Below are positions 47,696-62,693 of a stretch of 64,000 nt of DNA, piece after piece. The DNA is taken from the NCBI RefSeq assembly GCF_006345805.1, contig NC_043016.1, positions 32,860,001 to 32,924,000 of the forward strand. The letters run 5' to 3'. A program made the translations under genes and the position numbers. Every line of letters begins with the position of its first letter. The first letter of the stretch is position 1. The notes beneath the pieces were generated by a model. It was given only the letters and a program-made list of their open reading frames with translations. It had not been told where the DNA came from and ran no database searches. The DNA comes from Octopus sinensis (Eukaryota).

Positions 47696-47864
47696 GTTCG
47701 AAAATGTTTACATTATAATAGTATGGAAGCTAAAACTGACCTGTCCACCATGTTAACTTAAAAGAATATTATCTATTTCAGGGGACACTGTAGGTGTGTT
47801 TGGGTGGGGGGAAGGAGGAGTAATGTGGAACCTTCAAGCATCAATGATTTGGGGGATTGGCTTT

Positions 47865-49265
47865 AGAGGTCAGGATGGTTTGAGTATGTGTGTCTTTGTG
47901 TGTGTGTATATACATATGTGGATAGATGTGTCTGTGTGTTTATAAAATCTGGTAGGATGGTGTGTGTATATGTGTGCCCATTTGTCAATCGTGTGTGTGA
48001 TTGTCTTGGTGTTGTGTGTATGTGTGTATATGTATGTATGTGTGTGATTGGCATTTGGCATGGTGCTGCCTGTGTATATGTGTGTCTGTATGGAGGTCAG
48101 AATGGTGTGAGTGTGTGTGTGCCTTTGTGTGTATATATATGTATACATGTGTTTGTGTGTGTGTGTGTGTGGGGGGGGGCTGTTTTTGATTGGTCCCAGG
48201 GTCCACTGTGGTGTAAATAGATGTGTTTTTAAAAATTTGGTACGATGGTGTGTGTATATGTGTGCCCGTTTGTGTGTGTGTGTGTGTATATGTATGGTTA
48301 ATGTTTGCTAGTGTGTTGTGTGTGCATTAGTGTGTATGTGTTTGTTCGTATGTGTGTCCATGTCAGTTGGGTGTATCTGTGTGGCGTGTGTGTGTGTATA
48401 TACGTTTTGTATTTGTTGGTATTGCGTATGTGTTTGTGTGTGTGCGTATATATGGTGTGAGTGTGTGTGTATATATATGTATACATGTGTTTGTGTGTGT
48501 GTGTGGGGGGGGGCTGTTTTTGATTGGTCCCAGGGTCCACTGTGGTGTAAATAGATGTGTTTTTAAAAATTTGGTACGATGGTGTGTGTATATGTGTGCC
48601 CGTTTGTGTGTGTGTGTGTGTATATGTATGGTTAATGTTTGCTAGTGTGTTGTGTGTGCATTAGTGTGTATGTGTTTGTTCGTATGTGTGTCCATGTCAG
48701 TTGGGTGTATCTGTGTGGCGTGTGTGTGTGTATATACGTTTTGTATTTGTTGGTATTGCGTATGTGTTTGTGTGTGTGCGTATATATGGTGTGAGTGTGT
48801 GTGTATATATGTGTATACATGTGTTTGTGTGTGTGTGAGGGGGGAGGCTGTTTTTGATTGGTCCCAGGGTCCATTGTGGTGTAAAGAGATGTGTGTTTTT
48901 TAAAATTTGGTGGGATGGTGTGTGTATATCTGTGCTCGTTTGTGTGTGTATGTGTGTGGTTAATGTTTGTTAGTGTGTTGCGTGTGCATTAGTGTGTATA
49001 TGTGTCCATGTCTGTTGGGTGTATCTGTGTGGCGTGTGTGTGTGTATACGTTTTGTGTGTGTTGGTATTGAGTATGTGTTTGTGTGTGTGCGTATATATG
49101 GTGTGAGTGTATGTGTCTTTGTGTGTGTATATGTATACATGTGTTTGTGTGTGGGCTGCTTTTGAATGGTCCCAGGGTCCATTGTGGTATAAATATATGT
49201 GTGTGTTTTTTTAGAAATTTGGTAGGATGGTGTGTGTATATGTGTGCCCGTTTGTCAATCATGTG
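47865..49265. repeat. TG-rich complex satellite, unit about 310-334 bp
   Basis: The landmark tggtcccagggtcca occurs at about 48191, 48525, 48859 and 49167 (4 copies); the mirror arm has 3. Confidence 0.92.
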
Positions 49266-49460
49266 TTTGATAGACAATGTAGACCCCAACCCACACAAGA
49301 ACCGTTCCAGAATCGGAGATCCTACCCATCACTTAGAAACCTACCTCTGAACTATGATTGTAGATCCCAACCCAAACCGTTCAAAACTCAGAGTTCCCTC
49401 CCAACATATAAGTATTTAACTCTAAACCATGACTGTGGTTTCCAACCCACTCTAAGGAAC

Positions 49461-49966
49461 TGTTACGAACTTGTGAGTGTCTTCTCTGGACCTTTTGGGG
49501 GTGCGAGAAGCAATCACTTTCCGTTGCTTTAATAATCCAGATTCTCTACCCGTCAGAAACAACAAGACGCAAACGTAAATAATATATATCTACTTTATTC
49601 TCTTATGTGGTAACAGATAATTGGTGTATCTGGCATCCCTTTGGTATAGTTGTGTCTCAGCTGAACCTTATCGCTGTAAAATAAGAAAGTGTTCAAATGC
49701 AAAACGACACTGGTCAGAGATGGCGTCCGGAACAGGGAAGATGATGTGGTCGGCAACAATTTGGTTAAAATCTTCGGCCGACTGCTATCAAATACGGACA
49801 GAGAGAATATACGTGTTGTACCTTCGATAGCCATGTCTCAAGTCGCTGCTGACTGCTGCTAGTGGTCAAACGTTCTACGATCCCCTTGCCTCGGCTAACT
49901 GCTACGTAGGCAAAAGGGTTCTTCTTCCGGGGCTTCGCGCATGTGCCGCTGTATAGCGTCACTACA
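49461..49966 (-). mobile_element. Gypsy-type solo LTR
   Basis: TG..CA ends (tgtagtgacg..cgtaaca), 4-bp TSD GAAC/GAAC, and motifs shared with LTR 15030..15559. Confidence 0.9.
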
Positions 49967-50116
49967 GAACCAACATTGCACCCAGTACGAACAACCCAGA
50001 CCCTGGAATAACCAAAACTCTTCCAGTAGGACACACCAACAACTCAGAATCTGGAACAACCAAAAACCCTTTAGCAGACAACAAATCAACGGTGGAAAGA
50101 ACCACACTCTCTTGAG

Positions 50117-50533
50117 TCATTCCCAGTAGCTTATATGCTGCACAGAGGCTATTTTCTTCGGGTAGCTTCGTTGGATCGCCTCAAGTTCTGTGATTAACTT
50201 GACACTGGATGGTGACCATAGCTGAGAGCAATAGTCAAAGTGGCTTAGAACAAGTGTCCTCCAGATGACCATCATGGTTTCCTGGTCTCTTGTTCTAAAG
50301 GTTCTAAGAATCCATCCGGTCAGTCGCCTAGATTTCATTGCCGATTTAGAAACATGCACATGAAAGGTTGCATCATCAGTCATGTAAATACCCAGGTCTC
50401 GGACTGATTGTGCCACTGGGATTGCAATCCCTCCAGCTCCAGTGTATTTATTGGGTATTGCATATAGTTTTGCATGCTGATAGCATAAAGCTTGAAACTT
50501 TTCAGCATTGAACTGCATGCTATTCTTTTCAGC

Positions 50534-50536
<3 letters not shown>
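50117..50536 (-). mobile_element. CR1-group LINE RT fragment (mirror 51792..52047)
   Basis: ORF 50117..50518: MQFNAEKF, RDLGI, WILRTF, HFDYCSQLWSP. Confidence 0.85.
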
Positions 50537-50584
<48 letters not shown>

Positions 50585-50587
50585 TAA

Positions 50588-50833
50588 CCTCCCCCTTGAC
50601 TCCTACTTCTCTTCAGTCCTTCATCTTTTCACCCCTACTGTCTTTCCCTCCTCTTCCCTCCTTTTCCTTCTTCCCTCTTCTTTCCTCTTCCCTCTTCCCC
50701 CTCTCTCTTTCTCTCTGCTCCCTCACTCCCCTTCTCCCCCCTCCCCTCCTTTCTCCCCTTCCCCCTTCCTTCTCCTCCTCTCCTTCCTTCTCCTCTCCCT
50801 CCTCCCCTCCCCCTCCTCTCTCTTCTCTCTCCC
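50588..50833. repeat. Polypyrimidine (CT-rich) low-complexity tract
   Basis: Visible directly. Confidence 0.9.
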
Positions 50834-51123
50834 ACACCACACTACACCATACAACATTACACATCACATCATACATACATACACACGTCCAGACCACCAG
50901 CCCTTTTTCACATGCACATACATACTCTCTTATGCACACACGTACCTTCATGTTGGGGCGAGGTCACTTGACCCTGTTATCTCCCTTACTATCCCTCTAG
51001 CGTCTAACGTCTGACCTCTAACGTTTGAACCCCGATCTCTGACTTCTCCTGAAATCAGAACGCCATGTTGGATTGTTAGCCCTTACACGCAATTTTTTTC
51101 ACTCCTTGTTTCTTTTCCTTGTA

Positions 51124-51161
51124 TCTTTCTGTCGAAGAGCGTAGGTTCGAAACGTAAAAGA
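51124..51161 (+). ncRNA. Minimal hammerhead-like motif with variant core (CUGUCGA)
   Basis: tcttt-CTGTCGA-a-gagc-gtag-gttc-GAAACGT-A-aaaga, inside a (TA)n-terminated repeat at 50960..51258. Confidence 0.55.
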
Positions 51162-51691
51162 CTTGTTTTATTTCTATTCCTGAGCGCCATACTAATACAT
51201 TGTTTGCTTATACTCCACCTGCCTTCGTCTTTTGTTTATTTTCGTAAACCTTCCCGTTATATATATATATATATATATATACAAATTGAGATAGGGGTTG
51301 TAAATGCAACCCACCATGGGATAACATATATCCAATATACTGCTAGTGAGGTACCCAACAAAGTTAATACATAAATGTTAAGAATTGCGATACAATAAAT
51401 TCATTTATTGTATTATATGGGCAAAGGTAAAATGTTTTACCACAAATTCATAATACAAAATAAGAAAATGGAGAAATACATCGAAATCATATATCAATTA
51501 CCAGATAATACTCAATCACATACTTTATTAAACCACAACATAAGAAACTATAAGGTTAAACATAATAATGCAGGTTAAAGCAGTGTACATGAAGGAGTGT
51601 ACATAAAATAGTAATGTTATACAATAAGTAGAATACGTATAATAGAACATAAATGTAAGTACACATAAATATAAATATAGATTATATCTTA

Positions 51692-51791
51692 NNNNNNNNN
51701 NNNNNNNNNNNNNNNNNNNNNNNNNNNNNNNNNNNNNNNNNNNNNNNNNNNNNNNNNNNNNNNNNNNNNNNNNNNNNNNNNNNNNNNNNNN
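51692..51791. other. Assembly gap (100 N)
   Basis: Exactly 100 N, the conventional unknown-size scaffold gap. Confidence 1.
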
Positions 51792-52197
51792 TGCAACCTT
51801 TCATGTGCATGTTTCTAAATCGGCAATGAAATCTAGGCGACTGACCGGATGGATTCTTAGAACCTTTAGAACAAGAGACCAGGAAACCATGATGGTCATC
51901 TGGAGGACACTTGTTCTAAGCCACTTTGACTATTGCTCTCAGCTATGGTCACCATCCAGTGTCAAGTTAATCACAGAACTTGAGGCGATCCAACGAAGCT
52001 ACCCGAAGAAAATAGCCTCTGTGCAGCATATAAGCTACTGGGAATGACTCAAGAGAGTGTGGTTCTTTCCACCGTTGATTTGTTGTCTGCTAAAGGGTTT
52101 TTGGTTGTTCCAGATTCTGAGTTGTTGGTGTGTCCTACTGGAAGAGTTTTGGTTATTCCAGGGTCTGGGTTGTTCGTACTGGGTGCAATGTTGGTTC

Positions 52198-52706
52198 TGT
52201 AGTGACGCTATACAGCGGCACATGCGCGAAGCCCCGGAAGAAGAACCCTTTTGCCTACGTAGCAGTTAGCCGAGGCAAGGGGATCGTAGTAGAACGTTTG
52301 ACCACTAGCAGCAGTCAGCAGCGACTTGAGACATGGCTATCGAAGGTACAACACGTATATTCTCTCTGTCCGTATTTGATAGCAGTCGGCCGAAGATTTT
52401 AACCAAATTGTTGCCGACCACATCATCTTCCCTGTTCCGGACGCCATCTCTGACCAGTGTCGTTTTGCATTTGAACACTTTCTTATTTTACAGCGATAAG
52501 GTTCAGCTGAGACACAACTATACCAAAGGGATGCCAGATACACCAATTATCTGTTACCACATAAGAGAATAAAGTAGATATATATTATTTACGTTTGCGT
52601 CTTGTTGTTTCTGACGGGTAGAGAATCTGGATTATTAAAGCAACGGAAAGTGATTGCTTCTCGCACCCCCAAAAGGTCCAGAGAAGACACTCACAAGTTC
52701 GTAACA
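52198..52706 (+). mobile_element. Gypsy-type solo LTR (mirror copy)
   Basis: tgtagtgacg..cgtaaca flanked by TSD GTTC/GTTC. Confidence 0.9.
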
Positions 52707-54677
52707 GTTCCTTAGAGTGGGTTGGAAACCACAGTCATGGTTTAGAGTTAAATACTTATATGTTGGGAGGGAACTCTGAGTTTTGAACGGTTTGGGTTGG
52801 GATCTACAATCATAGTTCAGAGGTAGGTTTCTAAGTGATGGGTAGGATCTCCGATTCTGGAACGGTTCTTGTGTGGGTTGGGGTCTACATTGTCTATCAA
52901 ACACATGATTGACAAACGGGCACACATATACACACACCATCCTACCAAATTTCTAAAAAAACACACACATATATTTATACCACAATGGACCCTGGGACCA
53001 TTCAAAAGCAGCCCACACACAAACACATGTATACATATACACACACAAAGACACATACACTCACACCATATATACGCACACACACAAACACATACTCAAT
53101 ACCAACACACACAAAACGTATACACACACACACGCCACACAGATACACCCAACAGACATGGACACATATACACACTAATGCACACGCAACACACTAACAA
53201 ACATTAACCACACACATACACACACAAACGAGCACAGATATACACACACCATCCCACCAAATTTTAAAAAACACACATCTCTTTACACCACAATGGACCC
53301 TGGGACCAATCAAAAACAGCCTCCCCCCTCACACACACACAAACACATGTATACACATATATACACACACACTCACACCATATATACGCACACACACAAA
53401 CACATACGCAATACCAACAAATACAAAACGTATATACACACACACACGCCACACAGATACACCCAACTGACATGGACACACATACGAACAAACACATACA
53501 CACTAATGCACACACAACACACTAGCAAACATTAACCATACATATACACACACACACACACAAACGGGCACACATATACACACACCATCGTACCAAATTT
53601 TTAAAAACACATCTATTTACACCACAGTGGACCCTGGGACCAATCAAAAACAGCCCCCCCCCACACACACACACAAACACATGTATACATATATATACAC
53701 ACACACAAAGGCACACACACACTCACACCATTCTGACCTCCATACAGACACACATATACACAGGCAGCACCATGCCAAATGCCAATCACACACATACATA
53801 CATATACACACACACACAACACCAAGACAATCACACACACGATTGACAAATGGGCACACATATACACACACCATCCTACCAGATTTTATAAACACACAGA
53901 CACATCTATCCACATATGTATATACACACACACAAAGACACACATACTCAAACCATCCTGACCTCTAAAGCCAATCCCCCAAATCATTGATGCTTGAAGG
54001 TTCCACATTACTCCTCCTTCCCCCCACCCAAACACACCTACAGTGTCCCCTGAAATAGATAATATTCTTTTAAGTTAACATGGTGGACAGGTCAGTTTTA
54101 GCTTCCATACTATTATAATGTAAACATTTTCGAACTCATAATATTCTGTGCTTGTATACCAATATTCCACTGAACTTTTTAATAATTCCTTCTGGAAATT
54201 ATCTTGAAAATGTATAATATATTTGTTGTAATCTTTTGTGCCTAATATTTCAATGAACTTGTTAAACATTTTTATGTTCTTAACAAGCTCTTGTCACCAA
54301 AGAATGTATATATATATGTATTGTAGTACTCTGTGTCAACCAATATTCTGTGCGTGTTTGAATATACAAATACAATACCAATATCCTACTGAACTTTTTA
54401 ATAATTCCTTCCGGAAACTATCCTTCACATGTTCCTGAGAATGATTATTTATGTTGTAATCTTTTGTGCCCAATATTTTTGGGAACTTGTTCAAATTTTT
54501 ATGTCCTTAACATGTCCTTGTTACCAAAGACTGTATATATGTAATGTAGCATTTTGTAACAACCAATAATTAACGCAACCAAACTTCTACATGTTACTTT
54601 TGACAATCTTTTTCCAAAGAGTGAAACCGGTAAAGTAAATAAACATCTTTTAAAATTGCATTTCCAAACCTTCTTTC

Positions 54678-54764
<87 letters not shown>

Positions 54765-55343
54765 CGTTTAAATATTTGTTGTGCAAGATTTTTTATGTGA
54801 AGTCGTGCGTTGAAACAGATATTGTTATATTTAGGAATGGTCATTTTGCCAGTTTAGCCAATAAAAACACATGCACTATATATATATATATTTTTTTTGT
54901 ACTTGTTTCAGTCATTTGACTGCGGCCATGCTGGAGCACTGCCTTTAGAGTGGTGAAAGAGTACAGCAGGGATCACCACCTCCTGCCGGAGCCTCGTGGA
55001 GCTTTTAGGTGATTTTTCGCTCAATAAACACACACAACGCCCGGTCTGGGAATCGAAACCGCGATCCTCCGACCGCAAGTCCGCTGCCCTAACCACTAGG
55101 CCATTGCGCCATCAGTGGTCCTTGTTCTCTTCTTACTTATTTGTGTCTCTCCTTACACAAAAAAGTAAGAAGAAAACAAAGGACCACTGATGCGGTCACA
55201 TGAGTATGACGAAAGAACTCTGGCCGAAATAAGATTAAGATTAATGTAAAAAAGAAATAACACTGAAGCAAAGTAACACCAAATATATAGTGCGTGTGTT
55301 TTTATTGGCTAAACTGGCAAAATGACCATTCCTAAATACGATA

Positions 55344-55414
<71 letters not shown>

Positions 55415-56621
55415 TATATATATTATATATATATATATATATAAATATTTATATATTTATTTATATATATATAAATATTTATATATATATAAATATTTAT
55501 ATATATACTAGCATTATATATGTGTACATCTATATATATATACATCTACACATAAAATATAAAATACAAAGTTATATCTTGATATCGCTAGTGATAACAA
55601 TACTCAAAATGTATAACAGACTGGAATTGTAATCCTGCCTCTTGTAATTTGATGAATTGTATCTTGTCCTCCCTCTTGTATAGAAGTGTGGTTACAATCC
55701 AGCCTACCTCTACTTCTGGGGTGGCATTTTAAATTTTTATCCGGGACGTCCTACATCCCAGATATAAAGGTAAAAATAAAATATTTCCACTTTCCAAGGT
55801 TCGACTCGAGTACTCCCTTGCACGCTCTGTTGACTTGAACCTTGCTTCTATTGTGGCAAATTTACTGCCTCTGGTTAGATACTTGATATCTTTCATACTC
55901 GCACCAAGACACTTTTCGATGGTGCTTTCCTTCAGGTGTTCAAATCTTTTTTTTTCTCTACATTGTGTACTTTATAGACAATAGTCTTTTCTTTAATTTA
56001 ATGGACTACTCCATTTCTGCGCACTAATTATATTTTTAATTTATTCCCATTCATGTCAAACCACTTATTCAAGTTCAAGTCATTGATGCAATTTTATACC
56101 AATTGCTATTTTTACTTTTGTTATGTTACGGTTATATTATACTTTCTTTTGATTTTAATTATTACTTACTACATATAACTCAATTGTTACTATAATCTCT
56201 AATTTTTATTGTTAAAGTGAAAGTATCAGACATAAAATAGAGAAATGTTTTTGTTTCACTTTTAACATGTAATACTGAAACAGTGGAGAAGATATGATAT
56301 TGCTATGGGCTCGCCCTAGGCAAGTTGAACATTTTTTTGCTCATGAAACTACATGGATCCTAAGTAAGGCATGTGTAAAATTTGAATGAAATTGGTTGTG
56401 TAGTTCTCAAGCTTTAGGCAAACACACAGACAGACAGATAGACACACATTCTCAGTTTTATATAGAGAGAGATATAACTATAAATATTCATATATATAAA
56501 TATAAATATTTATATATATATAAAAATATAAATATTTATATATATATAAATATAAATATTTATGTATATATATAATATATATATATATATGTATATATGT
56601 GTGTGTATATATATATATATA

Positions 56622-59615
56622 TCATTTTAGTTGCCAAGAAATCGTTTATTAAGTTTGATAATAAGTTGTGGATCCGTAAAGATACTCCCAATGAATTTGA
56701 TGTGCCTATGGGTAGTTCGGATAGTGCGCAGATAGCCGATTTGGTCGGAATATATATTCTCTACGAATTGTCCGACCAATTCCCGGAGATCGCGGGCGGC
56801 CTGTATCGTGACGATTGTCTGTTTTACCTGCAAAACACCACGAACAGAATAGTGCAGAAAACTAAGAGCAGGTTAGCTAGGTTTTTTAATAGAATGGGCA
56901 TGAGTATAGTTTTTGATAATGAACTCACCAAGGCTAATTTCCTAGACGTTACGCTTAACCTTAATAGCGACTCATACTGCCCTTACCATAAGCCTTTAAT
57001 TTAGTGAACAAGGATAATTGTCGGTCCGGGAGATCTTACACTAACCCAAGACCCGTTATTCATCCGAGAATCACCCACCCGAATGCGAGTGCTGGCGTCC
57101 CGACCCATCACACAGATAGGAATAAGCATATATGGTTTGTAATTCCCTTTGGTAAGCAGATTAGAACTAACCTCCCCCTCATGTTTAGACAAGCCATCGC
57201 CAATAACTTCCCCAGAAATTCCAAATATTACTCCACAGTTAACTCGCATAAAGTTAGGATAGCTTTCTCCAACACTAAAAACCTCGCCCAGATAATCGCA
57301 TCCCATAATAATAGGCTACTTACTAAGACCCTATCACCTTTTTCCGGAGGCTCAGCCTCTTCCGCTCCCGGTTTAATGCTCAGTAGGAATAATTATAGTA
57401 GTAATAATGATATGAGAGCCAGTACAGTGACACATAATCTCAGCTCCAGCCAGGGAGTACCCACTAGGGGTATAGTTATAAATAGGGGTGTTGTGGTTGA
57501 CGGTAACAATGGGAGTAGGGTAGAGAGCCCCAATAGCATCCCCAGCATCATTTCCCGCAATAGCAGCACCACGGGCACTAGCAATGACAGCACTCTGATA
57601 GATAGTGGAGAATCAGGGGTTATTCCTATAGTTAATAGTGACGTAGTGGAAAATAGAGTAGTAAGCGGCTGCAGTTCTCGGAACGAATATAGTGACAGGA
57701 ACGCAGTTCTAATTTCAGAAACTAATCCTAGCAGAATAAGATTCACGTCGGCGAACTCCAAGATCAAAAACGCCGTCTACCAATGCAAGGTTTACACGGA
57801 CTCAGATGTCTTCACTTATGTAGGGGCCTCATCGTCAGGATTGGCTTTGCGAGTCTCCAACCATTACGCAACTTTTCGGGACATGAACAAGCGCCAGACC
57901 ACGGGACTCAGCAAGCTAATATGGCGACTGAAGGATACGAACTCAAGCTACAGGCTGGAATGGTCAATTTTGTCGGTGGCCCTCCCATTTGATAGGGGCA
58001 GAAGGCAGTGCAACCTTTGTGTCTCCGAACTCTTCCATATTTTGTTTGCCAGAGGCCGGATGGTAAACGGACTTTTACAGTCGGCTTTTCGATGCCCCCA
58101 TTGGCGGCGTTACACACTTATCTGGCTTTTAAATAGCGTTTATAAATAATACCGGCACCCATAGCCCTTGGTAACAAATTCTGAAATAGCCTTTAAGATA
58201 TTTACGATTAACCACTGCAAGGGGAATTACTCCTGTAAGATAAACGGGGCTTGGTTTTTTGACAACGGGGGGTTACCTTGACAAGGCAGGCTCAGACGAA
58301 CACACACACATAAAACATATAATATTTTTTTTTTCTCTGCCACCCAACGGTTCTTACTGCAGTAGCCATTGTAGCGGCTTAGCCACTGACAGCCGAGCGA
58401 TCAAACGCACACACGTACACAAAAAATGTTTTCTCCCCTACGCCACCCACACACATATATAGAACAATTCTGAAATAGCCTTTAAGATATTTACGATTAA
58501 CCACTGCAAGGGGAATTACTCCTGTAAGATAAACGGGGCTTGGTTTTTTGACATAGGGGGGTTACATTGACAAGGCAGGCTCAGACGAACACACACACAC
58601 ATAAAACATAATATATATTTTTTTCTGCCACCCAACGGTTCTTACTGCAGTAGCCATTGTGGAGAGCGGCTTAGCCACTGACAGCCGAGCGATCAAACGC
58701 ACACACGTACACAAAAAAATGTTTTCTACCCCTACGCCAGCACACACATATATAGAACAATTCTGAAATAGCCTTTAAGATACTTACGATGAACCACTGC
58801 AAGGGGAATTACTCCTGTAAGATAAACGGGGCTTGGTTTTTTGACATCGGGGGGTTACCTTGACAAGGCAGGCTCAGACGAACACACACACACATAAAAC
58901 ATAATATATATTTTTTTCTGCCACCCAACGGTTCTTACTGCAGTAGCCATTGTGGAGAGCGGCTTAGCCACTGACAGCCGAGCGATCAAACGCACACACG
59001 TACACAAAAAATGTTTTCTACCCCTACGCCAGCACACACATATATAGAACAGTATACACACATGTCTCTAAGTAGATTTTTTCTCGCCCCTTATAAAACA
59101 TCCAATATTCCTTAAATAGTCAGAACTTTATTCTCGGTCACAAAGAACATCTACACACCCTCATCCACATGATTGACCGCTGCCTGACCCGTTAAAATCT
59201 TCAGCCACCGGTTCTCAACATACACTGATAAACAGTTTTGCCATGGGCTCTTAGGAGCCTAGTTCGATTTGTTTTGCTCCGCCTCTGTTCTGTTTTTGTT
59301 TTTTCCAACGGATTTCCTATTTCTTCCTGAAGAGAAAGACACAATATGGTCTCATTATTCAATCGGATTTTGGTAAATTGTGCCTTTCGAAACACGTGTA
59401 GATGAAATAAAACGATTTCTGTTCAATCTTCGTTCAGCTCCATTTCTTCAATTCACCAATAATATTTTAATTTCAATTATCCGCACCAACGCACGGTTGC
59501 AACACCATATGGTTGTACCTCCAACCGTGCTGTTTTCTGCTGTGATTTTTGCTACCAAGGTATCGGTTAAACTTTTGATTAATCTACTACAAGATTATTC
59601 ATCTTTCTATTTCAC

Positions 59616-59616
<1 letters not shown>
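56622..59616 (+). mobile_element. Penelope-like element (mirror of 42546..45257)
   Basis: ORFs 56597..57004 and 57004..58149, three 290-bp units, and a hammerhead. Confidence 0.9.
59318..59409 (+). ncRNA. Type I hammerhead ribozyme motif (mirror copy)
   Basis: tatttcttc-CTGAAGA-gaaagacacaat..attgtgcctttc-GAAACACGTGTA-gatgaaata. Confidence 0.8.
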
Positions 59617-59688
<72 letters not shown>

Positions 59689-61195
59689 ATATTCACATAT
59701 ATATATATATATATAAATGTTTACATATATATAAATATTTATATAATATAATATAAATGCGTATATATGTATATAAACATTTATATATGGCACCTTGGCA
59801 AGTGTCTGCTATTGCCTCTGGCTAACTATAGCCTTGTGAGTGGATTTGGTAGACGGAAACTAAAACAGCCCCGTCGTATATATGTATAATTTTATGTATG
59901 TGTGTGTATATGTTTGTGTGTCTGTGTTTGTCCTGCCAACATTGCTTGACAACCGATGGTAACTGGTCCTGAAGCGCAATGGCATTGCTGGGATCTTTGG
60001 CACTATGCAGTGTTGACCTGTTCTGGCATTACTGTAGCTTTCAATGTCAAAATTTGGCACAATTCCTTTCAGGATCTTCCAGATGTATATTACTGCATAC
60101 CTCTCCCTCACCTTCGCTCCAGAGAGTAGAGTCTTAGCTGTTTCAGCCTTTCCCAGTAGCTTAGCAGTTGCAAAGAGATGATCTTGTTTGTGAATCTTCG
60201 TTGGATTGCTTCAAGGTCCGCTGTGAATTTCACTCTGTTGGGTGACCATAGCTATGAGCAGTAATCCAGGTGGCTGAGGACGAATGTCCGCCAGAGGACC
60301 ATCATGGTTTCCTTATCTCTGGTTCTGAATGTTCTCAGGATCCATGCAGCCAGTCGCCTGCACTTTGTCGACATCCTGGTAATGTGCACTTGGAAAGAGG
60401 TATCATCACTCATGTTGATACCCAGGTCCGTCACTGATTTAGGCCCTGGGATTGAAATTCCCTGTGGGCCAGTGAACCCTGTAAGTTTCATATTGAGTTT
60501 TGGATGCCGGTAGCGCAGGGCTTGGAATATTTCAGCATTAAATTGCATACTATTATCCTCAGCCCATCAGTAAAATAACAGTGACAAACGAAAAATACAC
60601 CACCAATAGTTGTTGCTGACAAACAATGGCAGTAATTTTATTCAGCTGAATGCACATCATTGATTGGTTGAAATTACCGAAATACAACAACTTAAAACGA
60701 AATAACTTCTTAAATATAAATTTTTCTCAAAAACGCTAACAGTAAAAGATATTTTATATGACACATTCTACCAGTATACGAAGTTTGAAAGTGTTTAGTT
60801 ACAAAAAATTATTTTCTAAATCTGCCGGTCAGAAGGTAAAGATGCATTGCTTCCTTAGTATGTAACTCTTCCTTAGTACGTAACTTACACTTTCTGGTAT
60901 GCGTCTTATATGGAGTGGTTTCCATTATAATAGACCAGTTTAAGTTGTTATTTCGTGTTTTTAGTTCATTAATGTATGTAGCGAGTGCCATTGAATTTTT
61001 TGTTCCTGGATTTGAGAATGAGCTGATATGCCCCCTATATCTTGTCTTAAAATCGGTTGTGCTCCTTATGTATACCTTGTTTGGTTCATTAATAGTTCCA
61101 GAAATTACAAGCTTTATTCTGCTCCCTTACATTTATATGTTTATTATCTGTGTTCATTATTATTATTATTATTATCATTATTATTATTATTATTA

Positions 61196-61232
<37 letters not shown>

Positions 61233-62656
61233 ATTAAGACTATCTGTATTCCCATTATTCTTAAGCTTAAATTTATTATTCCCTGTGATTTTCGATCCTA
61301 GATTTGGCGTAGATGAATATGATAGTTTGAGACAGGATCTATTAAAAATGGGGTGGTATTTATGGTCCACAGCAAAGTTCTTGTAAATAACACAAACAAA
61401 TAATTTAGGGAGGTTTTTGGCCTGAGGGAGAAAGGTGGGGGTTAAACCAGATAACTTCCCATTTTCTCGCTGTTTTATTTCCAGTTTGCCTATGCTTATT
61501 ATTGTAACAAGAACAGTTAGAATAAATTGGATATCTTCTAAAGTGAGAGGCATCCTGTTGTTCAGAAGGGTTGTTTATGGACAGGGTATCAATGGAAAGA
61601 GCTTACCTGATTTGTATTTGAATAGTGTATTCTTGATATAATATATATTTTACATGAATTCACTATTCTTTAAGGCTGTGTTATAAATAGGCGTCACATT
61701 ATAGAAAATCTCTTGGTTTGATGATAGGTTGGAAATTCTAATTGACATTCCCTTGATGACTCCATTAATAATACTTTGGGGATGGTTTGACAATGCATGG
61801 TTAAATTTATTTGGCTTGTAGGGATAAAATAGCCCATTATCTAAGTTTAGTATTACATCTAAGAAGTTAATAATTCTAGTGGTATTTTCAAACATAATCT
61901 CTAAATTATCTACTTTAAAAAATTTGATTAATTTTTTTCTTAATTCTATCTATTGTTTCTCTAGTGAAGAGCCAGATATAGCAAGTAAGGCATCGTCCCT
62001 GTATAGACCTCCACCGATATTTGGGAACTCATCCCTAATTTTCGAAAGTAGAAATAGGCCCACTATATCAATGATCTGGGTAGAGTCAGAAGAAACCATT
62101 GTAACATCGAAGTTGTCGTGAATGTTACTATGGGTTCAAAGCCTGTTTTTAATATATATATATATTCTTTTATATAGGGCAGGGTGCAAAATTAGATGGC
62201 AACTGGGATAAAATGAGTAAATTTTGATTTCTCCTACCTGTTTAAAGTCACTACATTGCAATTATTGCATCGTGTTTAGGAGTAAACATTTGTTAGCATA
62301 GTTGTTGAAGTTGAGAGAGTCTGAAACATAGTCAGGTGACAAGTACTTTTCGTCAAGAAATTTTTCCTCAACTTAAGAGAGCCACTCCAGCAGATTATGA
62401 AGAAGCTATAGAGAATATTTTATGTTGAGATTGTTTTTTTATTCAAGTTTCATTAATTTCATAACATGTGCCATTTTTCCATGATCCTTTCTCTCTTTTA
62501 CTCTTTTACTTGTTTCAGTCATTTGACTGCAGCCATGCTGGAGCACCGCTTTTAGTCGAGCCCAGTACTGATTTTATCGGTCTCTTTTGCCGAACCGCTA
62601 AGTGACGGGGACGTAAACACACCAGCATCGGTTGTCAAGCAATGCCAGGGAGACAA

Positions 62657-62693
<37 letters not shown>

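Larger units (their letters stand above)
38169..50372 (+). repeat. Left arm of inverted duplication B
   Basis: Reverse-complement match to 51792..64000 (38169 pairs with 64000, 50372 with 51792); dozens of mirrored ORFs. Confidence 0.97.
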
